DNA of 64,000 bases from Eledone cirrhosa (lineage: Eukaryota), in assembly GCA_964016885.1 (NCBI GenBank), contig OZ024741.1, positions 47,244,001-47,308,000 of the forward strand, given 5' to 3'. The position numbers and the translations under genes were made by a program. This document shows positions 26,526 to 39,068 of the stretch, one piece after another. Numbering within the stretch: the stretch's first letter is position 1; the number at the start of each line of letters is the position of its first letter. The notes below the pieces were generated by a model that worked only from the letters and a program-made list of their open reading frames with translations, made no database searches and was not told the origin of the DNA.

Positions 26526-26593
26526 CTTATGAGTGAGATAGGCCTGTACTGCTGTCATACATTCTATGAGGTAGTCATTCATGGCATTGTAGA
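26526..26593 (-). CDS. MIS12: Mis12 coding exon 2 ((V)YNAMNDYLIECMTAVQAYLTHK)
   Basis: ataacag acceptor and GTAAGT donor. 68 nt, phase 1 in and 0 out. Aligns with human [23 protein letters not shown]. Confidence 0.9.
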
Positions 26594-26699
26594 CTGTTAT
26601 AACAAAGAGGGAAATTAAAGGTTAAAGTCTATCCCAAATAATTACAGCTCATCTCTATTGCAGTCTCTCACACACACATTACAATAAAGTATTGGAGTA

Positions 26700-26880
26700 A
26701 CCCAAGCTTACTCCATATTAGACACCACCACCCAAGCTTACTCCATAATATACTCCACCTACACCAAAGCTTACTCCATAATATACACCACCAATACCAA
26801 AGCTTACTCCATATACACACCACCACCCAAGCTTATTCCATAATATCCACCACCACCACTTACTCCATAATATACACTAT
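26700..26880. repeat. ~30-bp minisatellite (CCAAGCTTACTCCATAATATACACCACCA)n in the short Mis12 intron
   Basis: About 6 degenerate tandem units. Confidence 0.85.
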
Positions 26881-26913
26881 CACCATCCATCCTTGATTCT
26901 TATATACACTCAC

Positions 26914-27001
26914 CTCCATTACAGAATGACTTTGGTGTAAATCCAAAATACTGTGTGGAATATTCTTCCATTTTAATAACTTCAAGATCAGCTTCAGCCA
27001 T
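26914..27001 (-). CDS. MIS12: Mis12 kinetochore protein, coding exon 1 (MAEADLEVIKMEEYSTQYFGFTPKSFCNG-)
   Basis: ATG at 27001. Y..QYFGFTP matches the Mis12 N-terminal motif (human YEAQFFGFTPQ). GTGAGT donor at 26913, phase 1. The exon's acceptor (tttccttcag) is at 27044, so 27002-27043 is 5'UTR. Confidence 0.9.
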
Positions 27002-27080
27002 CTCGGTGTATTGTAAGTTTTAATTATCCAGTTGAATTGAAGACTGAAGGAAATAAAAGAAATATTTCAGACATATATTC

Positions 27081-27127
<47 letters not shown>

Positions 27128-27139
27128 GACATATATTCA

Positions 27140-29380
27140 ATACACAATGTGTCAAGGAAAACCGTGATATTGTCGGGGAGAAGTGTGTACTTAATGATGA
27201 CGGTGTACTTGCCATCACTGACGCTGATAAGAAGGTAGCTTGGAAGTGTCACAACGAAAGGCTACTAAATGAGGAGAATAAATGGGAGAAAGACAGTCTT
27301 CCCCACATCGACCCAATAGAGGGACCAGCAGTGTTAGTCGAAGGTAGTATAATAAGTAAGGCAATCAAAGATATGAAGACGAGTAAGGCGGCTGGGCCTT
27401 CGGAAATAGTTACTGAAATGCTGAAAGCTTCTGGAACGGTGGGACACACCATGGTCACCCGGATAGTAAACCAAGTCATACAGAATGGGGTTGTTCCAAA
27501 GGACTGGCGTAGCAGCATCATCATTAACTGCTACAAGGGTAAAGGAGATACCCTAGATAGGAGTAACTATAGAAGCATTAAATTAATCGACCAGGTCATG
27601 AAGGTCACAGAAAAAGTAGTAGCGCAACTAATCAGAGAGACAATTGATCTAGATGAAATGCAGTTCGGGTTTGTGTCAGGCAAAAGTACCACAGACGCTC
27701 TTTTCATTGTACGACAACTACAGGAGAAGTACCTAGCTAAAAGTAAACCCCTATACTTAGCTTTTGTCGACTTGGAGAAAGCCTTCGACAGAGTCCCCCA
27801 TTCCATTATCTGGTGGGCTCTTAGAAAACTAGGTGTTGATGAATGGCTTGTGCGAGCTATACAAGCCATGTATAAAGAAACAGTCAGCAAGGTTAGAATT
27901 AACAACGAATATAGTGAAGAGTTTAGCGTAAAAGTTGGTGTTCATCAGGGCTCCGTTCTTAGCCCCTACTATTTATTATCGCCCTTCAGGCTATAACAGT
28001 GGAGTTCAAGACCGGCTGCCCATGGGAACTCTATACGCAGATGATCTAACACTCATAGCTGAATCAATGGCCGAACTAGAGAAGAAATTCCAAACATGGA
28101 AGCAGGGCCTAGAATTAAAAGGCCTTAAAATTAACCTGTCTAAGACTAAAGTTCTAGTTTGTAGGAAGGAAAATAGGGCGCCGGTCCCATCCGGGAAATG
28201 GCCATGCTCAGTGTGTAGGAAAGGAGTAGGTAGAAACTCCATTTTATGTCCCAAATGCAAAGTATGGGTGCATAAAAAATGTAGTGGGATCACAGGTAAG
28301 CTAACTAAGAACATAGATTTTACATGTCGCCAGTGCTCTGGTGCAATAAGTAGCAACAAGTGCCCACAGAATACTAGCCCATTCCATTGCACAGATGGTT
28401 CTATAGAAATAGTGGACAGCTTCCGTTACCTGGGTGACAAAATCAGCAGTGGGGGAGGGTGCTCTGAAAGTACAGTAGCTAGAGTCAGAACTGGATGGAA
28501 AAAGTTCAGAGAGCTTATACCACTATTAGCCGCTAAAGGGTTCTCCCTAAAAATGAAAGGCAGGTTGTATGATGCCTGCATACGAATAGCAATGTTGCAT
28601 GGCAGTGAGACCTGGGCATTATGTGCAGAGGATATATGCAGACTGGAGAGGAACGAAGCTTGCATGCTCCGCTGGATGTGTAATAGTAATATACGTGAAC
28701 GGCAAAGCATAAACGAACTAAGGGTAAAAAATTAAAAATAAGAGGGATCAGATGTTGTTTACTCAAGAGAAGGCTACGTTGGTATGGTCACGTGATGCGC
28801 ATGAAAGACGACAGCTGTATAAAAAAGTGCAGGTCAATAAAAATAGACAGTAGCCACGGAGTAGGCAGACCCAGAAAAACCTGGGACGACTTGATAAATT
28901 CCGACCTCACACACTTACACCTCTCCAAGACAATGTCACTGGACCGAGATCTTTGGCGGTACTCAGTAATAGAGAAAACCCGCCTTACCTAAGTACAAAG
29001 TGAAACCTACTAGTCAGTAGGCACCTCTAACAAAATACACCCCCGTCCCACTACCCCCACCTCATCCACACCACCCTTTCAATGTAAAATTATGTTGGTA
29101 CCACAACATACAGCCCGAAACAAATGAGGTCGTGTAGGTGTCACGACAAAAAAAACACACAGTCCACGCTGTAATGTGGCCGTGTAGGTAACATGGTAAA
29201 AACCTCCCAGTTCCATACTGTAAATGTGGTTGGTGTTAGGAAGGGCATCCAGCCGTAGAAAACCCGCCAGACAGTCCTATGCGAGCAAGACAACCACTCT
29301 TGCCTCAAGTGGGAAAACTCCCGTCCAAACCCATGCAAGCGTGGAATATGGACATTAAATGATGAAGATGATGATGATGA
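27140..29380 (+). mobile_element. RTE LINE copy G (subfamily of copy A), 5'-truncated, frameshifted
   Basis: ORFs 27037-27996, 27935-28735 and 28792-28992 are highly similar to copy A. (GAT)n tail. Confidence 0.95.
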
Positions 29381-31298
29381 TATATATAGAGAGAGAGAGA
29401 TACATACACACAGATACATACACACACACATGTATATATACATAAAATATGCCTGTGTAAAACAATTTAAGAATTATGCATTGTTAAGAAAGTTATGAAA
29501 AAAGTTGCAATATATAGTGTGGAGGGAGGGGAAGCAATAAACTGTAGTAATGGCTTTCTCTTGCTTCAGCAAATTAAATATTGTACTTAAGTATTAAAGA
29601 AGATAAACGGCAAAATCAAATATGTCGCTGCAAGTCCTGATGAGCTATGAAGTATCCGGGAGTCGATAAAAGTGTTTTATTGAAAAATTGCTACAAGTTC
29701 GAATTATTGAATCTGTTCCGCTGGTTTATTTCAAACATGCCTCCGCTTATTACGGGTTTTTTATTCCGTCTTTGCTTAATAAAGTTGGGCATCAGCAATT
29801 TTGTAAAGAACAAATGAACTACATGAAGAAATATGCGGTTGCGAGTTTGTATCATTTGCATCTCTTTTCATGCTCTCGGGTCATCCACCTCACACCCGCT
29901 TATCAAATTTTTTAACTTTTCCCACTACCACCCATCCCACTTACTAAATTTTTCTGATCTATCCCCAGCAAAATTTTATTTTAAGTGGTTCCTGCGACAA
30001 TTAATTTTCTTTATACAATGACAAACATGACAAAATAAAAAACAAAACATGAAAATCAATGGGAACAACCTAGAAAAATTATCGATTTTCCAAAACCCAC
30101 CCCCTATTATTTGGAACCTAAAGGTACATTCATATACGTTACGATACACATATACACCAGCAGAAAACGTCACAGAAGAAAGTATTTCTGCTAACGTAAA
30201 GTTCATAGGCATACTATGTAGGAGTGATGTGAAATCTTGCATGCATTAATTTCACATCTTAATAACTGTATTGTTTCTTTCCAGTAACTATGTTGAAAAA
30301 TAAGCCTCATTTGGTCATTCCATGAGAGTATCGTGGTCAGCCTATGAACCTTTCAACTGACCCTGGTAATTCAATATCACTCATGGTAATGCCGCCAGTG
30401 TGTTGGTTCGCCTCAAAAGGTAGTAGAGGGAGGTTTCAGCACCCCTGTGGTGTGTAACCGATTGACCGTTTTAAATTAACATTTTCTTTCGTCTTTGGAT
30501 TAAAGTCATTAATTGATTTTATTTACAGTAGCAATAGTAATAATTGTTTCTACGTTTGGCACAAGGCCAGCAATTACCCAGAGCATTACTGGTACTTTAT
30601 TTTATCGACCCCGTAAGGATGAAAGGCAAAGTTAACCTCGGCGGGATTTGAACTCAGAATGGCAAGGGCCGTAACTCTATACGTCAAAGCATAGCGTCCG
30701 ACCCTCTACCGATACTGCCAATCCACAATAATAATTCTTTCTACTATTGGCACACGTCCAGCAATCATCCCAGTGTATTACTGTCACTTTATTCTATCGC
30801 CCCCCCCCCCCCCCCCCCCCCCCATAAATATGGGGGGGGGGGCGATAGAATAAAGTGACAACTATAATAACGGCAAAAACTTTTTTTAAAAAGGAAACAG
30901 AGGGGGGGGGGGAGAAAGAAAGGAAATATAGAGAAAAAGAAAGAAAAAGAACGGGAAGGGGATGGCAAGAGCTCTGGAGACACGGAAGAGAGGGGAGAGT
31001 GACGGGGGATGATGATTGAGCTTTGGACAAGGGGGCAGGAGTGCTGCGCCCTGCAGACAAGACGGAAACTTTTGAGAAATATTTATGAGATTAAAAATTG
31101 TATTTATGCGTAAATTTTCATTCTGTAAGAATCAAAAATAATTACTAATTTTTTCTTTTTTTGTTCCAATTTTGGGTAAACCTATAGAATAGCGAACTAA
31201 TGTAAGGGACGTAATTTGAAAAATTGTGTATATATAACAACCATACCATGCATCCTTATAAATGTATGTATAGGCGTGTTTTATATATATATCTGTTA

Positions 31299-31342
<44 letters not shown>

Positions 31343-31347
<5 letters not shown>

Positions 31348-31767
31348 GAAAATAAGAAATTAATGTGGGCAAGAAGCCAATAGTAATTCATACATATAAG
31401 TGACTATTACGTCAAGATGGAAAATATTTAACGTAAGATATGGGAAAATAATTTAATCTCAATTCAAAAAAATATCCACAGATTTTGTGTAATCCAAGGA
31501 AAAAAACCAATAGAGTCTTAACTCAGAATAAAATTAAGGGTAAATACTTATCCTTCAATTTGGAAAAATCTACAAATGCTCTATATAGTCTTAAAAAGAC
31601 TATTTCATGAAACTTTTCAGTGGGGTTAGTCACAGTTTGAACCATTCATCAGTAAAGCTCAAACACAATAACCAAAAATCCACTGCTAAAATATGCCAGA
31701 AAGGGAATTTAAAAGCAGGCTAGTTACACTTTGTGTGGAATTAAGATAATAAACACACATGGAGAAT
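31343..31767 (-). mobile_element. Putative retrozyme, partial copy 2
   Basis: Homologous to the other copies and flanked by (TA)n. Confidence 0.8.
31578..31658 (-). ncRNA. Type I hammerhead ribozyme (retrozyme copy 2)
   Basis: GCTTTA-CTGATGA-ATG...CAT-GAAA-TAGTC tttttaa GACTA-TA-TAGAGC. Confidence 0.82.
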
Positions 31768-31875
31768 ATATATATATATTGCGGTATAAAAACGTTGAGA
31801 GTTGGTGAAATAAATCACTGCCAATACTGGAATTGAATAATCAAAACCGTAGCGGTATGTCGCATATCAAATCTT

Positions 31876-31940
31876 ATATTTTGTCTGATGAAAACGTACT
31901 TAAACACCATTGTACCTTTGAAATATGTATAATAAAATAT
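31876..31940 (+). ncRNA. Minimal type I hammerhead (Penelope pLTR-like)
   Basis: ATATTTTGT-CTGATGA-AAAcGTAC...GTACcTTT-GAAA-TATGTA-TA-ATAAAATAT. 9-bp stem I, near-palindromic short stem III. Confidence 0.72.
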
Positions 31941-32045
31941 ATATTTTGATTATGAGAATATTTTTCATTTATTAACATTTTGAATAATATATATATGTAT
32001 ATATATATATATATATAATGCACGCCTAACCCTACTTAGGCGTGC

Positions 32046-32090
<45 letters not shown>

Positions 32091-32142
32091 CAAAATGTTA
32101 ATAAATGAAAAATATTCTCAATCAAAATATATATTTTATTAT

Positions 32143-32982
32143 TTGAAGGATGAGTATTTAAACTTTATTTTATTCTGAGTTAAGACTCTATTGGTTTTTT
32201 CCTTGGATTTCACAAAATCCGTGGATAAAATCTGTCTTAATTTTTTTTTAATTGAGATTGAATTATTTTCCCATATCTTACGTTAATTATTTTCCATTTT
32301 GACGTTATAGTCACTTATATATTATGAAATACTGTTGGCTTCTTGCACATTAATTTCTATATTTTCATTTATATTTATACTCAGAATTTTCCTAGAGTGC
32401 TTAAAATTATTTGTGACTAATCCCGGTCTTTTTTTTTTTAAAACCGCGATAATATTGCTATTAGCTGAACTCCTTACATTTTGTAGAGTTTTTCGGAATG
32501 TTTTTGACTGCTGTTTCTTGTAAACTGATATTCGTCTCATTCTGACGTCACCAGCCATGTTTCTCCATGTGTGTTTATTTTCATAATTCCGCACGAGGTG
32601 AACTAGCCTGCTTTTAAATTCCCTTTCTGGCATATTTTGGCAGTGGTTATCATGTTGAGCTCTACTGAGGAACGACTCCAACCGTGACTAATCTCACTGA
32701 AAAGTTTCATGAAATAGTCTTTTTAAGACTATATAGAGCATTTGTAGTTTTTCCAAATTGAAGGATGAGTATTTAAACTATATTTTATTCTAAGTTAAGA
32801 CTATTGTTTTTTTCCTTGGATTTCACAAAATCTGTGGATAAAATCTCTGTCTTGAATTTTTTTTTAATTGAGTTTGAATTAGTTTCCCATATCTTACGTT
32901 AATTATTTTCCATTTTGACGTTATAGTCACTTATATTATGAAATACTGTTGGCTTCTTGCTCACATTAATTTCTCTATTTTC

Positions 32983-32990
<8 letters not shown>
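32143..32990 (+). mobile_element. Putative retrozyme copy 3, ~1.4 tandem units (period ~615 bp)
   Basis: 32143-32372 is directly repeated at ~32758-32990 and the copy ends in (TA)n. Confidence 0.85.
32659..32739 (+). ncRNA. Type I hammerhead ribozyme (retrozyme copy 3)
   Basis: GCTCTA-CTGAGGA-A.GA...TC.T-GAAA-TAGTC tttttaa GACTA-TA-TAGAGC. Stem II is weakened. Confidence 0.78.
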
Positions 32991-33015
<25 letters not shown>

Positions 33016-34378
33016 GTTAACACCTTATGTACACATGATTATTATATATACACATATAGAGTTAATGCCTATATGTATACCATAGGTACTCATTTCGAAA
33101 AAACTTTTTTTTTTTTTTAAATGACGTCCCTTACATAGGTTCGCTTATTCTATACGTTTGTCCAATTTTTTTCACTGGATAATATTTTATTTCAAAATAT
33201 TCAAATATATTTCTAAGATAAAATTACATGAAAATAATAAAGAATTTTGTAATGCTATTTATACAATTGTGAATAAATATCTGTGTATGTCTTATTTCAA
33301 TATATTATCTTGGTGGATTGGCAGTATCGGTAGAGTCGGACGCCATGCTTTGCAGCAAAGAGTTACGGCCCTCTATGGTCTGAGTTCAAATCCTGCCGAG
33401 GTTAACTTTGTCTTTCATCCTTACGGGGTCGATGAAATAAAGTACCAGTAATGCACTGGGATAATTCCTGGCCTTGTGCCAAAAGTAAAAACAATTATCT
33501 TGTAAACTGACTACTTAAGAACTAACCCTCTTCAAGAAATCGTTCGAAAAAGTAACCAGTCATTCAAATGACACCCTACCATATTTAAATAAAGAACATC
33601 GACAATGTTTCCTTCATATTCATATAAAATAAATTTTCAGTTACTTGTTAAAGTATCCAAGAATGTGGAAATATTTCGCAAAATAACTTTTTTCATAAGT
33701 TTTTTTCTTCTCGCTTTGATTATCTATTTTTGTGTATTATATTCATAAGGTTCCTAGCAATAATTAATTGATTATAAACCCATGCTAGCGTGGAAGATAG
33801 ATGTTAAACGATGATGATGATGATGTACTTCTATTTTATCTTATATATTTGCTATATGATGATAAAATAGTGTGTAAAACTATGGTGGAAGGAAAGCAGT
33901 TTTCTACCAATGAACCAGGGATGATTTCAGATATATTGATATATTGACCTATTAAAAATAGGTCAATATATCAAAAACTTCATAAACAATAAAATTTAGT
34001 ACACTGTTCCAGAAAATAAAGTATATACGACCTACAGTTGTATTCCCAAGTTGTCTAAAGGCTAAGATTCCGCGCTCACACCGTGGCGACCAAAGTGCAA
34101 GTCTCTTAGGAATTATTTGTCTAACCCATGCTAACGTAAAAATGGACGTTACATACAGTGATTAAGATGATGATGATACATGGAAGATTGTAAATGATCA
34201 GATATATTTATATATAAATGTTAGATTAACAATCAAAATCTAACCAGCTTTAATTGAAAATGCACAAATTTTAAGTGCAATGCAAGTATATCAACAAGTG
34301 TGTGTTTCTGAATGTCCTTCAACATATAGATGACGCAACATGCGACTTCAAAATAAAGACCATATTTGTCCGTCATAT

Positions 34379-34411
<33 letters not shown>

Positions 34412-34560
34412 CTGGTGAACCTACAGTAACTGGACGTTACAATCCCCAAACGAACAAACACACACACACGTATATAAGTTTATCCTGGGTTCAATCGGGG
34501 GTAACCACAGTAAGGTACTCAATACATAGAGTATAAATATTTAATATAAACAGAACATCA

Positions 34561-34600
34561 GACACTAATGTTTCTGGGTGGTTACCCTTCATCAGTACCA
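34561..34600 (-). ncRNA. Degenerate hammerhead core
   Basis: CTGATGA-aGGGT aacc ACCCa-GAAA-CA ttag TG-TC (GUC triplet), but stem I does not pair well. Confidence 0.4.
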
Positions 34601-35055
34601 TAAACTGCTTACCTGCCAACTGACAGAGCTAATGAAAATATATTTTCTGAAATATACAGCAACTGATCGGCCTGATTTGCATATCAGCAGATAGGCCAGT
34701 CAGTTTCATGTATACAAGCGATTAATGGCTGGCTTTGCCATATTCAAATAGTTTTATTGCTCTACATGGCTGAATACAATATATATATATTTTAAAATAA
34801 CAGATTAAAGTTTAAGCAAAGAATCACTGCTTTCACCCTTAACGGGATCTTCTGAAACGAGTTTCAGAAGATGCCGTTGCTTAAACTTTAATCTGTTATT
34901 TTAATAAATATTTGCTCTGCGGTTTTTATATATTTTTTATCGATAATTGCTGGCCTTGTGCTTAAAGTAGAAACAATTATTATTACTATATATATATATA
35001 TATATATATACTTAAAAAAAAAAAAAGACCATATTTGTCCGTTATATATATATAT

Positions 35056-35370
35056 CATTTCTACAGCTGAGTAAACTGGAGCAATATGAAATAAAGTGTC
35101 TTGCTCAAGGAAACAACACATCTCAGACCGGGTGATGTGTTTATTTATTTCATATTGCTCCAGTTTACTCAGCTGTAGAAATGAGATGACAGGGACTGGG
35201 GTTCATATCATTCCACTGCAAAGTGGTCGTGGAGGTGCCACAGCAAAAAAGCACTCACTGTAAATGAGGTTGGTGTTAGGAAGGGCATCCAGATGTAGAA
35301 ATCAAGCCAGAATCAGTTCCCGTCCCACCCTTGCAAGCAGGGAAAAGCGGACGTAAAATGATGATGATGA
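35056..35370 (+). mobile_element. 5'-truncated CORE-type SINE with an inverted 5' segment
   Basis: Same family as 3677-4018. 35056-35095 is the reverse complement of 35144-35183. Confidence 0.8.
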
Positions 35371-35404
35371 TATATATACATATACACACGGGTGTATAGA
35401 AGAT

Positions 35405-35786
35405 TATATTAATAAAAGGAAACTTTGTCTGATTTACTCGTTTTATTTACAATCCTTTAAAATTATAATGATATTATAATGAAATAGTATGGTAGAATAT
35501 TAAATGTTAAGTGTTAATTGAACAAGTACTTTCATGCTTTCGCAATCTTCAGGTTCTTATTCAGTGGTGACAGTCAAGTTTGCAATTTTCAACTTGAAAA
35601 TTGCAAACTTGACCGTCACCACACATTATGAACCTGAAGATTGCGAAAGCATGAAAGTACTTGTTCAATTAACACTTAACATTTAATATTCTACCATACT
35701 ATTTCATTATAATATCATTATAATTTTAAAGGATTGTAAATAAAATGAGTAAATCAGACAAAGTTGGAATTCCTTTTATTAATATA
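35405..35786. repeat. Near-perfect ~380-bp palindrome (centre 35593) with a minimal hammerhead in each arm
   Basis: Arms are about 190 bp with few mismatches. Plus-strand HHR 35629-35667: TGAAC-CTGAAGA-tTGC gaaa GCAt-GAAA-GTAC-TT-GTTCA, with a mirror copy at ~35519-35556. Confidence 0.85.
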
Positions 35787-36791
35787 TATATATATACATA
35801 TATATACGTCGGAGAAATATGGTCTTTTTTTAAGTATATATATATATACGGACCGGGTGATGCGTTGTCTCTTTGAGCAAGACACTATTTCACGTTGCTC
35901 CAGTTTACTCAGCTGTAGAAATGAGTTGCGGTGTCACTGGTGCCAAGCTGTATTGGCCATAGCCTTCCCCTTGGACATCGGTGGCGTGGAGAGGAGAGAT
36001 TGGTATGCTGGTCTTCCTCAAACAATCTTGCCCGGACTTGTGCCTCGGAGGGAAACTTTCTAGATGGATGTATACAATCAAATCTCAAAGGGGAGTAGAG
36101 AAAGACTTGTAGGTTGTAATTGCTGGCTACCGAAAGATCTGGTTGTTCAATGTTAATCTCATGCAAAAACAACCGTTAAGAGAAGAGTTTCGTTAGAGCT
36201 TGAAAAAAGGTAGTAATGCATTTAGGAAATAAGAGCATATATATATTCAAACGTATTATATATATAATAAAAAAAATAAAGTACGAGTAATGTACTGAGT
36301 AATGCTGGCCTTGTGCCAAAAGTAGAAACAATTATATATATAATAAATATAGTTATTTTTCTTGATGTGTGTCTATTTTACCGGTGGCATAGCGACGAGT
36401 AACGACCTAGTTTTAAATAAAATAAGGCCTTTATTATAATAACCAAGGATTTACCAATGTGCCATACGTCTATAGTAAAATTACGAATATAAAATTAAAC
36501 AAAAAATACACTAACTTATTTATATCACAGTAGCCAAGGAACTCAGCTTTAAATGGTGGTTTAAAGGCATCAGAAAATATTAATTAACGGAATTTTATCG
36601 TAAAATGGGTTTCAAAATAAAGCTTTTTCTTTTATTATTGAATAGTCCGTGAAAATAGAGGATAAAGAAACATAACAGCCTAAATAATATGAGTTTTGTA
36701 ATAAAAATGATAAAACAAAAATAGAGAATATCGGTTTGTTTACTTACACTAATCTGAAATTAAATGATATCTTCAAAAGTTCGACATATAA

Positions 36792-36823
<32 letters not shown>

Positions 36824-37344
36824 TGAGAAATTAACAGAAAACTTTGACGAGTCTAAACAATTAAAATGTACTTACACCGTATTGCAAATAATTAACCGCC
36901 TTAAATTTGTAATTTTATATAGCGGGGGAAATTAAAGTACGAAACTAAATGCATTAACACTTTTTTTAAAAAACATTTCTATTTATTTTCAATGTAAGGA
37001 AAAAATTAGCTGAATCTAATCTAATTAATTATAACTTTAAAAATAATAACCATTTATTGGTTATCTTTCGATTTAAGATGATAAAGGAAAGTTTTCTGAA
37101 TATCCGCTTTACTTGTTTCGTAACCGGTCAAGTTCGTGCGCGCAATTTATACAAATATGAGCACATCTTCTGGCATGTAATTTACTAAACTATATATGCC
37201 TTGTCATTTACTGAATTAATGTACATCTGATTAAAGGAAAAACGTGCACCATATGAAGACCCACGCTCTACCTTGAAAAACAATGGAGAAGAAGGAAAAT
37301 GTTTTTAATTTATCAGTCAATATTTCATCTTAATACGTATATAT

Positions 37345-39068
37345 ATTAAAGAAAATATAAAGGAAGGGGTGGACAACCGAGCCATCACCAGAGCAAAAGG
37401 CAGCAGCGTCGTGAGGAGTACTGGGCAACCTCTCTAATGATTTTTGAAGCAAACCAGCACGCTCGCAGCGTTGCCTCGGGTGACGGCGAGGCTAATGCGC
37501 TGGAACAACCAAGCGCACTTGCGAGATTCACCAGTTACCTCTATTGGGGGAGCCACCAGTGAAGAGAGGAAACTCGCAGTCAGCAGCCCGACTCCTCCAA
37601 ACGTCTCGAAAACCACAGACTGGAAAATGTAGTTAACCGACATATCACTGTATTTGAGGGTTTTGTTCCGTTCGGCTGCGGAAGTTGTGGATCTCGCCCT
37701 AACCGCAGCATCCAGGATGAAGGAAGAAGCAAAAGAGTCACCCGATGCGATGTCCCAGACAAGGCACCTGCCTCTCGACCAGGGGCACAGGGTAAGGCCG
37801 TCAGGTCTTTTTCTGTCTCTTCTGGACAACCCAGATGGTTCCAAGATTGAGGGAATGTTCACCCGGGCCAAAGCTCTCTTGAGAATGAGGTTTAGCTCCA
37901 TGTGATGTGCGAAGCGACCGGCATTCAGGCGGCAAGAAAGACCGTGGAGTCGAGGAGTTTGCCGCATCGACATCTCAAACCAATGCAGACGTCAGCTCCC
38001 ACTCCGAAGGCGATGGAGACACGAAGTTCGTCCAAGCTGAGTAGGCCACTGACGTTAGCCACGAGTGGGGCATCAACCCAGTCACCTGAGTATTTGGCGC
38101 TGGCAGATAGTAAGCGGCACCTTGCAAACTGATCCGACTGGACGAAGAGGGAGTTGAGGTTCCTTCTGACGATGTCGTTCTGAGTAGCCCGATGAGGGAG
38201 CCGGCCTGCACTAAGGCAGTAAGATAATGATAATGGGTGCAGACCGAACTCGTTGACCACTACTCCTCAGCGGTATCTGTGTGACTCGTACATGTGGGAG
38301 CCGAGGCGCTGCGTCACACCAATGCGAGTACACTCCTCATCAAGAAGGGTACCGGTTGATGAGAAAGGCAGCGAAAGGAGCCAAGCACCCCTGTTTGGCT
38401 GCAAGGCAGGTGAGACGGTGTTGGCCCGAGGAAGACTCGATCAGTCTAAAGGTGGACTTGTTATTTGGGACATTGGTACACTGGGGGAGTTGACTCCAGT
38501 TCCCAGGCCATGTTGGGTTCTGTCGTCTTGCAGATGATCTCATTGATGAGGGTGGGGTTGGAGGAGATTGGGGAGAGATAGGCCAGCAGTGCCAAGTCAA
38601 GAGTGGATCGGAGGTTGAGGCCACCGAATCTCAAGGGAGTTTTGCCTGTTGCCAGCCGAGTTCGACAAGTCGATCTGCTAGGGAGTGGCAAGGTGCACCG
38701 TGTAGCGTGCTGTGGAATTTGAGGAAAACCAAGCAGTTCCTCAGGAGAAAGAGTATCGGGTGTGCATATATGAGGCGTAATCTCTCCGTCATCATTGTCA
38801 GGTCTTCATGCTTGGTTTCCAGGCATTCAAGTGTGGCTTTCGAAAGGATTGGAGAGCCGAGAATTTGGCGACATCTTTCAGTCAGAGCAGGATAGATGCT
38901 GAGTATGGTGTCTTGGAATTCGATTTTGTCGAAGTTCACATTGATGACCTCGGACTTTAACGGGTTGATCTCCAGTCCTTAGTACCTTAGAGCAGGGATG
39001 ACTTGCTGGAGATCCTCAGCAATAGACTCAAAAAAGCCTCCCAGAGTCTCGTCGTCCAAGTACCAATT
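37345..39068 (-). mobile_element. Decayed 5'-truncated non-LTR retrotransposon with a restriction-like endonuclease (CRE-clade-like)
   Basis: WYLDD at ~39060, GLEINP.KSE, a C..C...HGLSC zinc knuckle, and the EPSGLSR.D.KRPDG.TL.PW..G.CLVWD endonuclease motif. Many frameshifts. Confidence 0.85.

Noticed and set aside
29636-29670. CTGATGA as a hammerhead core
   Set aside because: No properly placed GAAA or pairing stems.
32322-32681. 119-aa ORF inside the retrozyme unit
   Set aside because: Antisense to the ribozyme, with no motif, and the ORF track shows no equivalent ORF in the other full-length copy (58408-59108).
34820-34856. Minus-strand CAGAAGA-tCCC gttaa GGGt-GAAA hammerhead-like motif
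   Set aside because: The core has A in place of the conserved U, and stems I and III do not pair convincingly.
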